64,000 nucleotides of DNA from Okamejei kenojei (taxonomy: Eukaryota). Below are positions 1-12,895 of the stretch, one piece after another (position 1 is the stretch's first letter; each line of letters opens with the position of its first letter). The translations under genes were made by a program, and so were the position numbers. The stretch is taken from positions 42,036,001 through 42,100,000 of the forward strand of contig CM069140.1 in the NCBI GenBank assembly GCA_035221665.1, read 5' to 3'. The notes under the pieces are model-generated. The model worked only from the letters and a program-made list of their open reading frames with translations, ran no database searches and was not told where the DNA came from.

Positions 1-127
1 TACTCTGCTACAGTTCCTACTCCTGAATAAACAGCTGTAGAATCCCAAATCACAATGAGATTTAATTGTCAATATTATTGACAATACCGGTCTCAAATTG
101 TATAAACACCTCCATGAATTATTAAAA

Positions 128-622
128 ATAGACACAAAAAGCTGGAGTAATTCAGCGGGACAGGCAGCATCTCTGGAGAGAAGGAATGGGTGATGTTTCG
201 GGTCGAGTCCCTTCTTCAGACTAAAAGTCATGGGAAAGGGAAACAAGAGATATAGATGATGATGTAGAGAGATATAGAACAAATGAATGAAAGATATGCA
301 AGAAAGTTACTATAAAGGAAACAGGTCAGTGTCAGCTGTAGCGAGGTGAGAAGAGAAAGCTTGTGCGACTTGGGTGCAGGAGGGATGGAGAGAGGGGGAA
401 TGCAAGGGTTACTTGAAGTTAGAGAAATTAATACTCATACCCCTGGGTTCTGAAGAAGGGTCTCGACCCAAAACATCACCCATTCCTTCTCTCCAGAGTT
501 GCTGCCTGGCCCGCTGAGTTACTCCAGCTTTTTGTGTCCATCCCCTTGGTTGTGAGATGCCAAGCAAAATATAAGTTGCTGCTCCTCCAGTTTGCGTTAA
601 GCCTCACTCTGACAATGGAGGA
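128..622 (-). mobile_element. Penelope-like element 3' fragment (GIY-YIG C-terminus, 3' region, decayed hammerhead)
   Basis: Reverse strand of 410-620 encodes remnants LHCQSEA.RKLEEQQLIF...MSINFSNFK like the endonuclease tail at 16100-16219; hammerhead-like core at 190-222 (-). Confidence 0.75.
450..538 (+). mobile_element. Short hammerhead cassette nested in opposite orientation in the Penelope-like fragment
   Basis: Starts at CTGAAGAAGGGTCTCGACCC; flanked by imperfect duplication catacccctgggtt (436-449) / catccccttggtt (539-551); GAAA mutated to AAAA. Confidence 0.7.
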
Positions 623-1167
623 ATGGTAGAATAATAAAACAAAATGACGGCAGCTAACTGTTTAGATCAGGTTTAACTAGACAGGCTGTTTTAGAAGTTT
701 AGTGCTTTTGGGATGAAATTGGCAGAATGTCTATGTCTTCGCAGTAAAAAGCTGCCTTTCAAAACAGAACATATTTGCATTCCATTGACAAGTCTCTACT
801 GTTATCTCAGATAAATGATATGTTATCCTGTCACACCTCAACTTCCGATTAGTCGGCAATCATGCTAAACTTTGGTTACAACATGATATTCCCTGCACGT
901 CGGCAGTACAGCTGTTCCCTTCAGATACTGTTCATTCGTGTATTATATCAGGTCAACGTTAAGCAAGATACCTGATTGCGAGTAATACATTATGGTGTAA
1001 TGTCATTGATAGTGGCCAATTGTTTATATGGAGCAATAATGTATCTGAATGTGAACAAATGGCCAAATAATTAAAGCTTTTTTTTTACCTTTGTCAAATA
1101 ACTGTAATAAACTCCATGAATAAAGTCAAATAATAGTAGATTGTCCTTTGAAAGAAGAAGCCTTATG

Positions 1168-3064
1168 TTTAGGGAGGAACTGCAGATGCTGGTTTAAATC
1201 GAAGACAGACACAAAATGCTGGAGTAACTCTGCAGGCAGGGCCGACCTTAAGCCAATTGGACCGATTGCTCCCAATTGGGCCCCGCGCCTAAGGGTGCCC
1301 CGCGCTAATTTTCTGTATTTCATACGGAAATACGAATTCGCGTTGTTAAATACAGCTTTTTTTAAAAAACATTACCCTTGGCTTTTTATGGATTTTTTTT
1401 AAACGAACATCAAAATAAACCGCTGTACTGACCATCAGACAAAAATGATTTGTTAACTACCACTGTTAGCACTTGTTAACAGCCAATAGTTATACAATGT
1501 GTCACCAATGCATCGATCCACATTCTTCAGTAAATGTAATTGTGTTTTGACCAAGTATCAATGACGCTGTGTTCCTTTGAATAAAATTCAAAGGAACGCG
1601 GCACCATTAATACTTGGTCAAAACACAATTACATTTACTGAGGATGTGGATCGATAGCCAAGAAAGATAGATCAAGAATGATGCAGCTGTACTGAGGGAT
1701 AGCCAAGTCTATCCCTCATTGCTAGCAGCTGATGGGACGCAGCTGTAAAGTGGGAAGTGGCTGCAAAAGGACAGCGCCACTGGGTGGGGGGAGAGTTCCT
1801 TTTACCTGTCTACTCATCTGGACGCCCTCAGCTGCGGCTGCGGATGGTTGAGGTCCCGGCCATGGGGGAAAAATGGAAAATGGAGGAGGACTGGCCAATT
1901 TTTGTGCTTTCCACCACAGTGATGAATGTGGTGGTGGATGTTTGTGTTAAATTTTTATTGTGTTTTTGTGTGTTCTTTTTTCATTGTAGCGCTGCTGGCA
2001 AATTCATTTCACTTGCACTTTATGTGCAAGTGACGAATAAAACTGACATTATTGATTATTGATATCATTGATATTTTTATATTTCACAGCCTGTGGTGAG
2101 TCTGGCCAGGGGTAAAGTTGCGGGGAGTGCACGAGCATTGAGAAGGAGGGGGTCAGGGATCATGCCAGCATCCAGCTCTAGAGCGGGTCAGCAGGCGATG
2201 GATAACAGGACAGCGGGTGGTGGAGCTTACTCCATATGTCAGTGCGAGTAACCTCAATTGGTCCCTTGTTCGCGCTGACATAGGAGTAAGCTCCACTGCC
2301 CGCTGTCCTGTTATCCATCACCCGCTGACCCACTCCACTCTATGATCATTGCTCTTGAGCTGGTCCCCTCCTTGTTCAGACAGAGAGCACTGCCAGAGGT
2401 GAGCGGGATGGCAGAAGGCCCTGAGGTCCCGGCGACCCCTCGTAGTCACGCGAGCTGCTTCCCTCACCAGCCACAATGCGGTGGCTCCGGGCCCAGAGAG
2501 CCACGGCAGCTGTGAGTGAGTGGGTTACTGGCATGATCCCCAGCCCCCTCCTTCTCAACGCTGCTGCCCTCCCCGCAACTTTACGCCTGGCCAGACTCCC
2601 CATACGCTGCGAAAGGAACTCTCCCTCCAATTGTTCCTTTGAACTAGTATTGTCATTCAATAAGATCATAACTGATTCAACTTGTCCCGGTGTGCTCCCA
2701 TTTTTCCCACCATCTCTCCACCTGCCGTCACCCTCCACTCCCTACCCATTCAGTAATTCAGAAAGAAGGAGATTTGGAAGCCTTGGGCAAATTGAACTGT
2801 TAGTTTCTTTATTTTTTATTTTTACGGAGAGGAGAACACTGCGCATGCGCAGTTTAATATTTTTTAAAAGCCGACTGACTGCCTATCCTGAGTAATTACT
2901 CATGGCATGTGCCTGAATATGACTCATTTATAATTATATATTTATATTTCTATGATAATTATTCCCAATTGGGCCCCGCACCTCCTAAGGCTAGCCCTGT
3001 CTGCGGGGTCAGGAGCATCTCTGGAGAGAAGGAATAGGTGACATTTCGGGTGGAGACCCTTCTC
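1168..3064 (-). mobile_element. Penelope-like terminal fragment split by the hAT insertion (1168-1236 and 3000-3064)
   Basis: ggaactgcagatgctgg...gctggagtaactc before and gcatctctggagagaaggaataggtgacatttcgggtggagacccttct after the insertion reconstruct the same repeat as 131-220. Confidence 0.75.
1237..2999. mobile_element. Non-autonomous hAT-type DNA transposon
   Basis: Imperfect TIRs CAGGGCCGACCTTA / TAAGGCTAGCCCTG, 8-bp TSD tctgcagg (1229-1236) / tctgcggg (3000-3007), subterminal cccaattgggccccgc at both ends; no transposase ORF. Confidence 0.75.
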
Positions 3065-3369
3065 AAGTTTAATTGTTTTGCTGCTTTCAGGCTGATGTTG
3101 TTGCTAACAGAAAGTCCTCGGGGTGCAGTGTGGCAAAAATAGTCTTTATCCTGATGCTGACCATGATTTTAAAGATATGTAAATTCGTTTTTGGAATGCA
3201 AACATCTTTTTAGCTTTGCTGATTTTATGATTGAGTTTTATGATTGTAGAAAAACACAGCTCAATGCAAATAAATTTGCAGTAACCTTGCTTCAAGGTTT
3301 ATATTCCTCCCTTAATTGTTTTCTTCTAACTTGGTCTCTCCCGGGCATGTTATCCTTTAGGCTGTGGCT

Positions 3370-6300
3370 ACATAGAAACATAGAAAATAGGTGCAGGAGG
3401 AGGCCATTTAGCCCTTCAAGGTAGCACCCACCATTCATTGTGATCATGGCTGATCATCCACAATCAATAACTCGTGCTTGCCTTCTCCACATATCCCTTG
3501 ATTCTGCTAGCCCCTAGAGCTCTATCTAACTCTCTTTAAAATTCATCCGGTGAATTGGCCTCCACTGCCTTCTGTGGCAGAGAATTCCACAAATTCACAA
3601 CTCTCTGGGTGAAAAAGTTTTTTCTCATCTTTTTTCTCATCTCCCCTTTATTCTTAGACTGTGGCCCCTGGTTCTGGACTCCCCCAACATTGGGAACATT
3701 TTTCCTGCATCTAGTTTGTCCGGTCCTTTTATGATTTTATATGTTTCTATAAGATTCCCTCTCATCCTTCTAAATTCCAGTGAATACAAGCCCAATCTTT
3801 CCAATCTTTCCTCATATGACAGTCCCGCCATCCCGGGGTTTAACCTTGTGAACCTACGCTTCATTGCCTCAAATTAGACCAAAACTGCACACAATACTCC
3901 AGATGTACTCACCAGGGCCACGTACAACTACAGAAGGACCTCTTTACTCCTACACTCAAATCCTCTCGTTATACATACTCTGTATAACACACTCATATTG
4001 CCATATCTGAGTTACGGTGTGGAGATATGAGGTAACACCTACAAAACCAACCTACAGCCGTTATGTACATTACAAAAAAGAGCAATAAGAATTATCAATA
4101 ACGTTGGATATCTTGAACATACCAATTTATTCTTCTTAAAGTCACATACACTGAAGTTCACCATCTGGTTAAATTTAAGGACTGCACAAATCATGTACAA
4201 AGCAAGAAATAATTTACTTCCAGGAAATATACAAAAACTGTTTATGGAAAGACAGGGTATAATTTGGGTATAATTTGAGAGGGGAACATAATTTGAAAAC
4301 ACTCAATGTTAGAACAACTCTTAAAAGTATGTGCATAGTAATCTGTGGGGTGAATTTGTTTACTTTCAGTGACTGGTGTACAAGGACACCCTGGTCTCGT
4401 TGCACTTCCCTTTTTCCTAATCTGACACCATTGAGATAATAATTTGCCTCCTTGTTCTTGCCGCCAAAGTGGATAACCTCACATTTATCTACATTATACT
4501 GCATCTGCCATGCATCTGCCCACTCACTCAACCTGTCCAAGTCAACTTGCTACCTCCTAGCATCCTCTTCGCAGTTCACACTGCCACCCAGCTTTGTGTC
4601 ATCTGCAAATTTGCTAGAGTTACTTTTAATCCCATCATCTAAATCATTAATATATATTGTAAATAGTTGCGGCCCCAGCACTGAGCCTTGCGGCACTCCA
4701 CTCGCCACTGTCTGCCATTCTGACAAGGACCCATTTATTCCTACTCTTTGTTTCCTGTCTGCCAACCAATTCTCTATCCAGGTCAATACCCTACCCCCAA
4801 TACCATGTGCTCTTAATTTTGCCCACTAATCTCCTGTATGGGCCCTAATCAAAGGCTTTCTGAAAGTCCTGATACATTACATCCACTGGCTCTACTTCAT
4901 CCATTTTACTTGTCACATCCTCAAAAAATTCCAGATGATTAGTCAAGCATGATTTCCCCTTCATAAATCCATGTTGACTTGGACCAATCCTTTTACTGCT
5001 ATCCAAATGTGTCGTTATTACATTTAATAATTGACTCCAGCATCTTCCCCACCACCGATGTCAGGCTAACTGATCTCTAATTCCCCGTTTTCTCTCTCGC
5101 TTCTTTCTTGAAAAGTGGGATAACATTAGCTACCCTCCAATCCACAGGAACTCATCCTAAATCTATAGAACATTACAAAATCATTACCAATGCGTCCACG
5201 ATTTCTAGAGCCACCTCCTTGAGTACCCCGGGGTGCAGACCATTAGGCCCTGGGGATTTATCAGCCTTCAGTCCCATCAGTCTACCCAATACTATTTATC
5301 ACCTAATGCAATTTTCTTTCAGTTCCTCTGTCTCCCTAGATCCTCTGTCCTCTAGTACATCTGGGAGATTGTTTGTGTCTTCTTTAATGAAGACAGAACC
5401 AAAGTACCTGTTCAAATCTTCTGCCATTTCCTTGTTCCCCATAATACCTTCACCTGTTTCTGCCTTCAAGGGACCCACATTTGTCTTTACTAATCTTTTT
5501 TCTCTTAACACACCTAAATAAGCTTTTACTATCCTTCTTTATATTCTTAGCCAGCTTACCGTCGTACGTTATCTTTTCACCCCGTATTGACCTTTTTGTT
5601 ACCTTCTGTTGTCTAAAAGTTTCCCAATCCTCTGGCTTCCCGCTACACTTTGCAATGTTAAACACCTTTTCTTTCAGTTTTATTCCATCCCTAACTTCCC
5701 TTGTCAGCCACGGTTGCTTCTTACTCCCCTTAGAATCGTTCTTCCTCTTTGGAATGAAATGATCCTGCATCTTCTGGATTATGCCCAGAAATACCTGCCA
5801 TTGATGTTCCACCATCATTCCTGCTAGGATCATTTTCCAGTCGACCTTGGCCAGCTCCTCTCTCATGCCTTCATAGTCCCCTTTGTTCAATTCCAACACT
5901 GACACTTCTGATTTAACCTTCTCCCTCTCAAATTGCAGATTAAAACTGATCATATTATGGTCACTACCTCCTAGCAGTGAATTTACCTTGAGTTATTAAA
6001 TCTGATTCATTAGACAACACTAAATCCAGAATTGTATTCTCTCTGGTAGGCTCCAGTACAAGCTGCTCTAAGAATCCATCTCGGGGGCACTCTACAAACT
6101 CCCTTTCTTAGGGGCCAAAACCAACCTGATTTCCCTAGTCTACCTGCATATTGAAATTTCCCATAACCACAGTGGCATTACCTTTGTTACATGCCAATTT
6201 TAACTCCTGCTGCAACTTGTACCCTATATCTAGGCAACTGTTTGGGGGCCTGTAGACAACTCCCGTTAGTGTCTTCTTACCTTTACAATTCCTCAATTCT

Positions 6301-6760
6301 ATCCACAGCGACTCTACATCGTAAGTCCCTATGTCACCTCTTGCAAGGGACTGAATTTCATCCCTCACCAACAGAGTAATCCCACCTCCTCTGCCTACCT
6401 GCCTGTCCTTTCTATAGGTCGTATAACCCTGCATATTCAGTTCCCAGTCCTGATCCTCCTGCAGCCATGTCTCTGCAATACCCACAATCTCATATCTACC
6501 AATCTCTAACTGAGCCTCAAGCTCATCCACTTTACTTCTTATACTTCGCACATTCATATATAATATTTTTAATCCATTACTCACCTCACCTTACACATCG
6601 ATTCCTATTTCACTTGGCCATACTCTCCTATCCCTTCGCGAGCTTTCTGCACCGTTAATACTGGTGTCTTTCTTAACTTTTACTATGCTCTCTTTTCCTT
6701 TAACTCTATCCTTGTATTTCCAATTTGTCTTCACCCCCCACTATTTAGTTTAAACCCACA
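3370..6760 (-). mobile_element. CR1-clade LINE, near-complete but frameshifted ORF2 (APE endonuclease + RT)
   Basis: ORF pieces 6135-6584 (LKILYMNVRSI..GIAETWL), 4550-4786 (GVPQGSVLGP..KFADDTKLGG), 4214-4540, 3637-3864; (CATAGAAA)n tail at 3370. Confidence 0.95.
3973..4361 (+). mobile_element. Fragment of an L2/Crack/Daphne-like LINE C-terminus inserted in the CR1
   Basis: Translates LYNTLILPYLSYGVEI*GNTYKTNLQPLCTLQKRAIRIINNVGYLEHTN, a typical post-RT region; absent from the sister CR1 at 48540-48620. Confidence 0.7.
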
Positions 6761-7289
6761 TCATGGGATGTTTTGTTTATGATGCACTTTATTGTTTATT
6801 GTTCAGTTTTGGATCTATCACAGCCAAACCCAATTTTGCCTGCAATAGAAATCCCATATGTATACATTTTCAGCTTCATCATTGGATGTCGACCACGGCA
6901 TATGTTTTCTTACCCTTGGCTCTGGATACTATTAGACTAGATTCATGACAGGAGGACACATAATTGGCCATTTAAAAATGAGAAATCCAAAGACTAAATA
7001 ATGTAAGTGCTGGGATTCTGAAACTAAAATAAAAGATTCTGTAAATATTCAGCACCTTTGCAAAGAGAAAGAGCATCAAAATTGCAGGTTATTAAGAATG
7101 AGAAATGTTGATTTGCAATTAGATTCAGTAAACTATAAGGAGGCAATTCCAAAATATTTCGCAACCCTCTACTTTGTACCTCTGTATCTTGCAGAAATAT
7201 CACTGGAGATATCTATCTTGCTCAATGATCTATTTGCATATTTTGGTTTACTTTCTCTGCTAATTATTCAACAATCTATGAATAGTAGA

Positions 7290-7628
7290 TACATAGAAAA
7301 TAGGGGCAGGAGTAGGCCATTCGGCCCTTCAAGTCAGCAACGCATTCAATATGACCATGGCTGATCATTCACAATCAGTATCCCATTCCTACCTTCTCCC
7401 CACATCCCTTGATTCCGCTTGAATGCATATAGTGAAACGGCCTCCACTGCCTTCTGAGGCAGAAAATTCCACAGATTCACAATTCTCTGGGTGAAAAAGT
7501 TTTTCTCATCCCAGTTTTAAATGGCCTACCCCTATTCTTAAACTGTGGCCCATGATTCTGGACTCCCCCAACATCGGAAACATGTTTCCTGCATCTAGCG
7601 TGTCCAATCCCTAAATAGTTTTATATGT
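7290..7628 (-). mobile_element. CR1 LINE 3' fragment
   Basis: catagaaaataggggcaggagtaggccattcggccc..., colinear with 3378-3740. Confidence 0.85.
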
Positions 7629-7689
7629 AGAGTTGATAAGAATCTTTTAAAACCTTTTAAAAAATAACATAAAATGGAATTGAGACAGG

Positions 7690-8510
7690 ATTTGGAGGGG
7701 TGCAAGGGATGTTAATTGCCATAATTAATACCTGCTGGACATCATGGGAAACAAGAGAAGAAATTGCAAGGGTCCTTGGCAGAGATATTTGTATTCCCAA
7801 TAGCCACGGATGAAGTGCCAAAACACTGGAGGGTGACAAATGTTGTGCCTTTATTTAAGAAAGGTTTCAAGAAAAAGCCTGGGAACTATAGACCAGTGAG
7901 CCTAATATCAGTGGTAAATACATTATTGGAGGGGAGTCTGAGTGACAGGATCTGCATGCCATTGGAAAGGCATGGACTACTTGGGATAGTCATGGTGGCT
8001 TTGTGAGTGGGAAAATGTATCTCACCAATTTGATTGAATATTTTGAAGAGGTAACCAAGAAGATTGATGAAAGCAGTGCAGTAGACATGGTCTAAATGGA
8101 CTTTAGCAAGCCCTTTGACTAACTGCCGCATGCTAGGCTAATCTGGAACATTAGATCACATGGGATCCAGCTAGCCCATTGGTTACAGAAATGGCTTGAA
8201 GATAATGAAGGTGATGCTGGAGGGTTGTTTTCAGAATCAAAGTCTGTATTGCGCAGTGTGCCACAGTATTTATCAGTGCCAGGCCCTCTGTTGATCATTA
8301 TTTATATTAACGATTTGGATGTGAATGTAGGTAGCATGTTAGTAAGTTTTTAACAACATTAAATTAGTGGTATAGGGGGCAGTGAAGAAGTGTATCAGAG
8401 ATTACAATAGGATCTTGATTGATTAAACCAATGGTTCGAGGAATGGCAGATGGAGTTTAATTCAGATAAATGCAAGGTTTTGTATTTTAGTAAGACAAAC
8501 CAGGGCAGGA
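7690..8510 (+). mobile_element. Degenerate CR1 RT fragment
   Basis: WRVTNVVPLFKKG..KPGNYRPVSL motif (ORF 7764-8006) and downstream decayed RT motifs. Confidence 0.85.
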
Positions 8511-8643
8511 GATACTTTTCTTGGAGCCCCAATTGTTTACACTATTTTCAAATGGTGGCTATTTTATAATTTGGGCTTTTCTTATGAGATTACAATGGTA
8601 CAGTTGAAAAGTCATGTAGTAAAATGGGGTAGAATTGAATCAT

Positions 8644-8741
8644 AGGTAGACAAAAATGCTGGAGAAACTCAGCGTGTGCAGCAGCATCGATGAAGCTAAG
8701 GAAATAGGCAACGTTTCGGGCTGAAATCCTTCTTCAGACTG
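8644..8741 (-). mobile_element. Short hammerhead cassette (subfamily B)
   Basis: Reverse strand reads agtCTGAAGAaggatttcagcccGAAACGTTgcctatttcc...ctgagtttctccagcatttttgtctac. Confidence 0.75.
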
Positions 8742-9649
8742 GCTGCTTGCAGCAACCAAGCTCAAAGACGAGAAGTCTCTTTTTTGTCAACTGTTGCAAA
8801 ATTCGCAGGCAGTAACCATTGGAAGGAACAATTGGATATTTGCTTTGTTTTCAAATTGACGTATAACAGTTTTAGTGATTTTCATGTGCGTAATTTTGTT
8901 TTTAATCACTGTAATTAATAAAGTTCTTAATGGAAATGTACTGGAGCAGTCAACAACTTCAAGTTAAAATACAGAAACATCAGATATTACTAAATCAAGT
9001 TCTTGGTTTGTTTAAAAGAAATATCTTTCTACAAATTTGATGCCAAAATCAAGAAAGTCAAATATGCTACAAAGTCATGAAGAATGTTTTTGTGTCATTT
9101 AATTTAAGACTTTTGTGAAATTGGATGTCATTCAAGTGAAGTATTATTGAATGAATCTAATTACATCTTATTTCATGTGCTTATGACAAGGCCAATATTT
9201 CATGTCACTGGAAAGGATGCTAGCATTTCAAAAAGGGATAAGCTAACATTTGTTGTTTATTCATTAGTTCTGGAGGTTGCTATTTCTGGCCGAGAAACAA
9301 TCTGTTACAGAATGTGATATTGTAATTACCTGAAAGTATAGAAAAACTCTTTTCTAAGATCATTGTAGAAGATTACACTCGAGCATTGTCCCTGGCTGAG
9401 CAACAGGTGTGCATTTCAGTCCTGTTTTTTATTGAGTCTTACTTTGGTAGGATTTTCCAACCTGTATCATGTTATCAGGATTTGTGCTGAAATTAGTAAA
9501 AGGCTCTCTTGTTCCCAGGTCGTAACAGGCAGTGATTTGCTGATCACACTTCAGTTGGATGTGGATTGAAAGCAGGTGCTAAAGTCTTAGAACCATATCA
9601 CCACAGGTGATAACCATCTAAATGATGCAAAAGTATGTGGTTTGCCATC

Positions 9650-9915
9650 CAGTTCATTGCCAGGTTTCTTGTATACATACTACTTTGATTGTTTTCTTTT
9701 CATGCTCAGACTTCCGGAAGATATATTTCTTGAATAAGTTGCAATCCATTCTAATACTGCTTGTGTAGACTATGAATCTTTTTAGTAAATGAATCTTTAT
9801 AATCTGCTTAGGTGCTCTTTTCCTCTTTCGTTTACTTTTGAAGTGTTTTTTGTCCTTTTTATCCTGTTCTTGAACATTTCCTAAGTCTCTCACTATCTTT
9901 CCCTCTCCCATTTTT
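9650..9915 (-). mobile_element. Non-LTR retrotransposon endonuclease N-terminal remnant
   Basis: ORF 9654-9911 ends FKKYI...VVCIQETW, an APE-domain motif; clade not determined. Confidence 0.5.
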
Positions 9916-10098
9916 TATCCGCTTCATGCCAGTTTTGAAGTGATTTTGCAGTACAGATGAACTGCTATGTACAGTGAAATATTTCAGACTTACAATTATT
10001 TTTCCCTCATCGTTAGCTCATATGCCATTTAAGCGAAATACTTTACATATGTCCATATTTCCAGCGCAAATCACTGAATGTTGAAAAATGATTGATTG

Positions 10099-10388
10099 AA
10101 AGATACAGCATGGAAACAAACCTTTGGCCCACCATGCTAGCCATTGATCACCCATTCACACTAGTTCCATGTTATCTCACTTTTGTGTCTACACCCTACA
10201 TAGTGGGGGAAATGAAAAAGGCCAGTTAATCTTTGAGATGTGGGAGGTAACTCGAGCACCCGGAGGAAACACACATGGTCATAGGGAGAAAGTGTTAACT
10301 CTGCACAGACAGCACCTGAGGTCAAGATTGAACCCCAGACTCTTGCGCTGAAAAGCAGCATCTCTACTAGCTTTAACACTATTCCGCC
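10099..10388 (-). mobile_element. tRNA-derived V-SINE (HE1-like)
   Basis: Reverse strand: tRNA-like head with B-box-like ggttcaatc, V-domain ...gtttcctccgggtgctcgagttacctccca, CR1-like tail gggccaaagg..tttccatgctgtatct. Confidence 0.8.
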
Positions 10389-10549
10389 TCTTTTCAAGGC
10401 AATGATAGACATATTTTCGACTAATAAGGTGTCAAGAATTAAGGGAAAATGTACGAACGTGAAGCTGAAACCATGATCACATCATTCATGACCTTATTGA
10501 CTGGTGAAGCAGACTGCAGGCGGTGTACGGCCTAATCTTGTCCCTATTT

Positions 10550-12895
10550 GTTTAGTTCATCTTATTCCGACCTACAGGCAGAAACGAAAATCTGCTAAGC
10601 CTGTGGTCAGAACAATGAAAAGGTGGACGAGCGAGGGCATTGAAAACCTGCGGTCCTACTTTGACTGCATTGATTGGAATGTGATCAGGGATGCAACCCA
10701 CAAGCTTCGATGAGTATACAGACACTGTGACATCATATGTCAGCTTTTGTGAGGACGCTTGCATTCACACTAGGACCCAGATCTGGTTCAACAACAACAA
10801 GCCCTGGTTTACAGCAGAATTCAGACAGCTCTGCCAGTGTAAAGATGAGGCCTTCAGGAGCGGGGATGCAGACCTCTACAGGCAGGCCAAGTACACGCTG
10901 AGAAGAGGAATCAGAGCTGTCAAGGAAAGGTACTCTGAGAAGTTGAGGAGCAGGTTCTCAGCTAATGACTTTTCTTCAGTTTGGAAAGGCTTGCAAGAAA
11001 TCATCAGCCACAAGAGGAAAATCCCCCACTCCCTGGACAATCATCAGCTGACCAATGACCTGAACGAGTTCTACTGCAGGTTTGAAAACATAAACTTAAC
11101 CAAAGTACCCCCTCCCCAACCAACACTTCACATCTACGGACAGCCTGACTCCAGTCTGCAAAGACTGGGCCCTTTCCCACCCACCACTCTCCAATCACCA
11201 CTTAACAACCACTTACAGCCTGACTCCAGTCTGCAAAGACTGGGCCCTCGTCCACTATGCACCCCCTCCTTGCTGCCCAACATCAGTCTGGCCACTTCTC
11301 CATCACCAACAGTAGCAATTGAGGAGGTGGAGAAGCTGTTCAGAAGACAGAAAAGCCGGAAATCTCCAAGACCGGACAATGTTTCCCCCTCTACTCTCAA
11401 GCTCTGTGCCGAACGACTGGCATCGGTCTACACAGACATTTTCAACCAGTCCCTGCAAACCTGTACTGTCCCTGCCTGCTTCAAATTCTCCACTATTGTC
11501 CCTGTACCCAAAACGACAAGGATTAATGACTACAGGCCAGTCGCATTGACCTCTGTAGTCATGAAGACCCTTGAAAGTCTTGTGCTGGCCCAGCTGAAAA
11601 ATATCACAAACCCCCAGTTGGACCCTCTGCCGGTTGCATACCGGGCCAATAGATCTGTGGATGACGCAGTCAACCTGGGCCTGCACTTCATCCTCCAGCA
11701 CCTAGACCGCCAGGGAACCTATACAAGGACTTTGTTTGTTGATTTTACCTCTGCATTTAACACCATTGTGCCAGATATACTACACTCCAAACTCTCCAGG
11801 TTGACTGTGCCTGAACCCCTCTGTCAGTGGATCACAAACTTCCTGACAGACAGGAAGCAGCATGTGAGGCTGGGAAAGTGCATCTCGGACTCACAAACTT
11901 TCAGCATAGGAGCACCGCAAGGCTGCACACTCTCTCCTCTCCTTTACTCTCTCTACACCAACGACTGCACCTCCACAGACTCCTCGGTCAAGCTTCTCAT
12001 GTTTGCGGATGACACAACCCTGATTGGACTGATCCAGGATGGGGAGGAATCTGCCTACAGACAGGAAGTGACACAGCTGGCATCCTGGTGCCTTTGTAAC
12101 AACCTGGAGCTCAATGCTCTTAAGACAGTGGAATTGATAGTAGACTTTAGGAGAGCTCCCCCTCCCCTCACCCCACTCGCCATCAACAACACCACAGTCA
12201 CATCTATGGAGTCTTTTAAGTTCCTTGGAACCATCATCTCCAAGGACCTGAAATGGGGGGCCATCATCGACTCCACAGTCAAAAAGGCCCAACAGAGGAT
12301 GTACTTCCTGCGACAGCTGAGGAAACACAATCTGCCACAGGCAATGATGGTCCAATTCTATACGGCCATCGTAGAGTCTGTCCTCACCTTCTCCATCATG
12401 GTCTGGTTTGGCTCAGCCACCAAGCACGACATCCGGAGGCTGCAGCGAATCGTCCGATCAGCTGAGAAGGCTGTTGGCTGCAACCTTACCCCCATTGACA
12501 AACTGTACACTGCAAGGGAGCGAGAGGGTAAGATCATCTCTGACCCCTTTCACCCTGGCCACAATCTCTTTGAAGCACTTCTGGAACGCGACTCCAGACT
12601 GTCAAAACCGCCACAGCCAGGCATCAAAACAGCTTTTTTCCACAAGCAGTAGCTCTACTCAATAACCAAAAGACTGTAGCTTCCTTTTGCTCTGGTATTT
12701 TATTTCATTCACATGTTTAAACTATAATGTTTTATTATTAATGTTTAATGTTTTATGTGTCATTCTTAATTGTTACTGTATGTCATGTTGTTACTTGCGA
12801 GCAGAGCACCAAGGCAAATTCCTTGTATGTGTACATACTTGGCCAATAAACCTATTCATTCATTCATTCATTCATTCATTCATTCATTCATTCAT
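10550..12895 (+). mobile_element. Rex1/Babar-clade LINE, 5'-truncated, long open RT frame
   Basis: 653-aa ORF 10691-12652 with NDYRPVALTS, FVDFTSAFNTI, GAPQGCTLSPLLYSLYT, FADDTT, KKAQQRMYFLR; AATAAA then (ATTC)n tail 12854-12895. Confidence 0.92.

Noticed and set aside
2376-2895. ORFs inside the hAT element as transposase
   Set aside because: No hAT transposase motifs; they arise from GC-rich inverted repeats.
4452-5827. Plus-strand ORFs over the CR1 (also 48024-49116 and minus ORFs over the Rex1)
   Set aside because: Antisense shadows of LINE ORF2.
10300-10388. tRNA gene
   Set aside because: Degenerate tRNA-derived SINE head; no cloverleaf.
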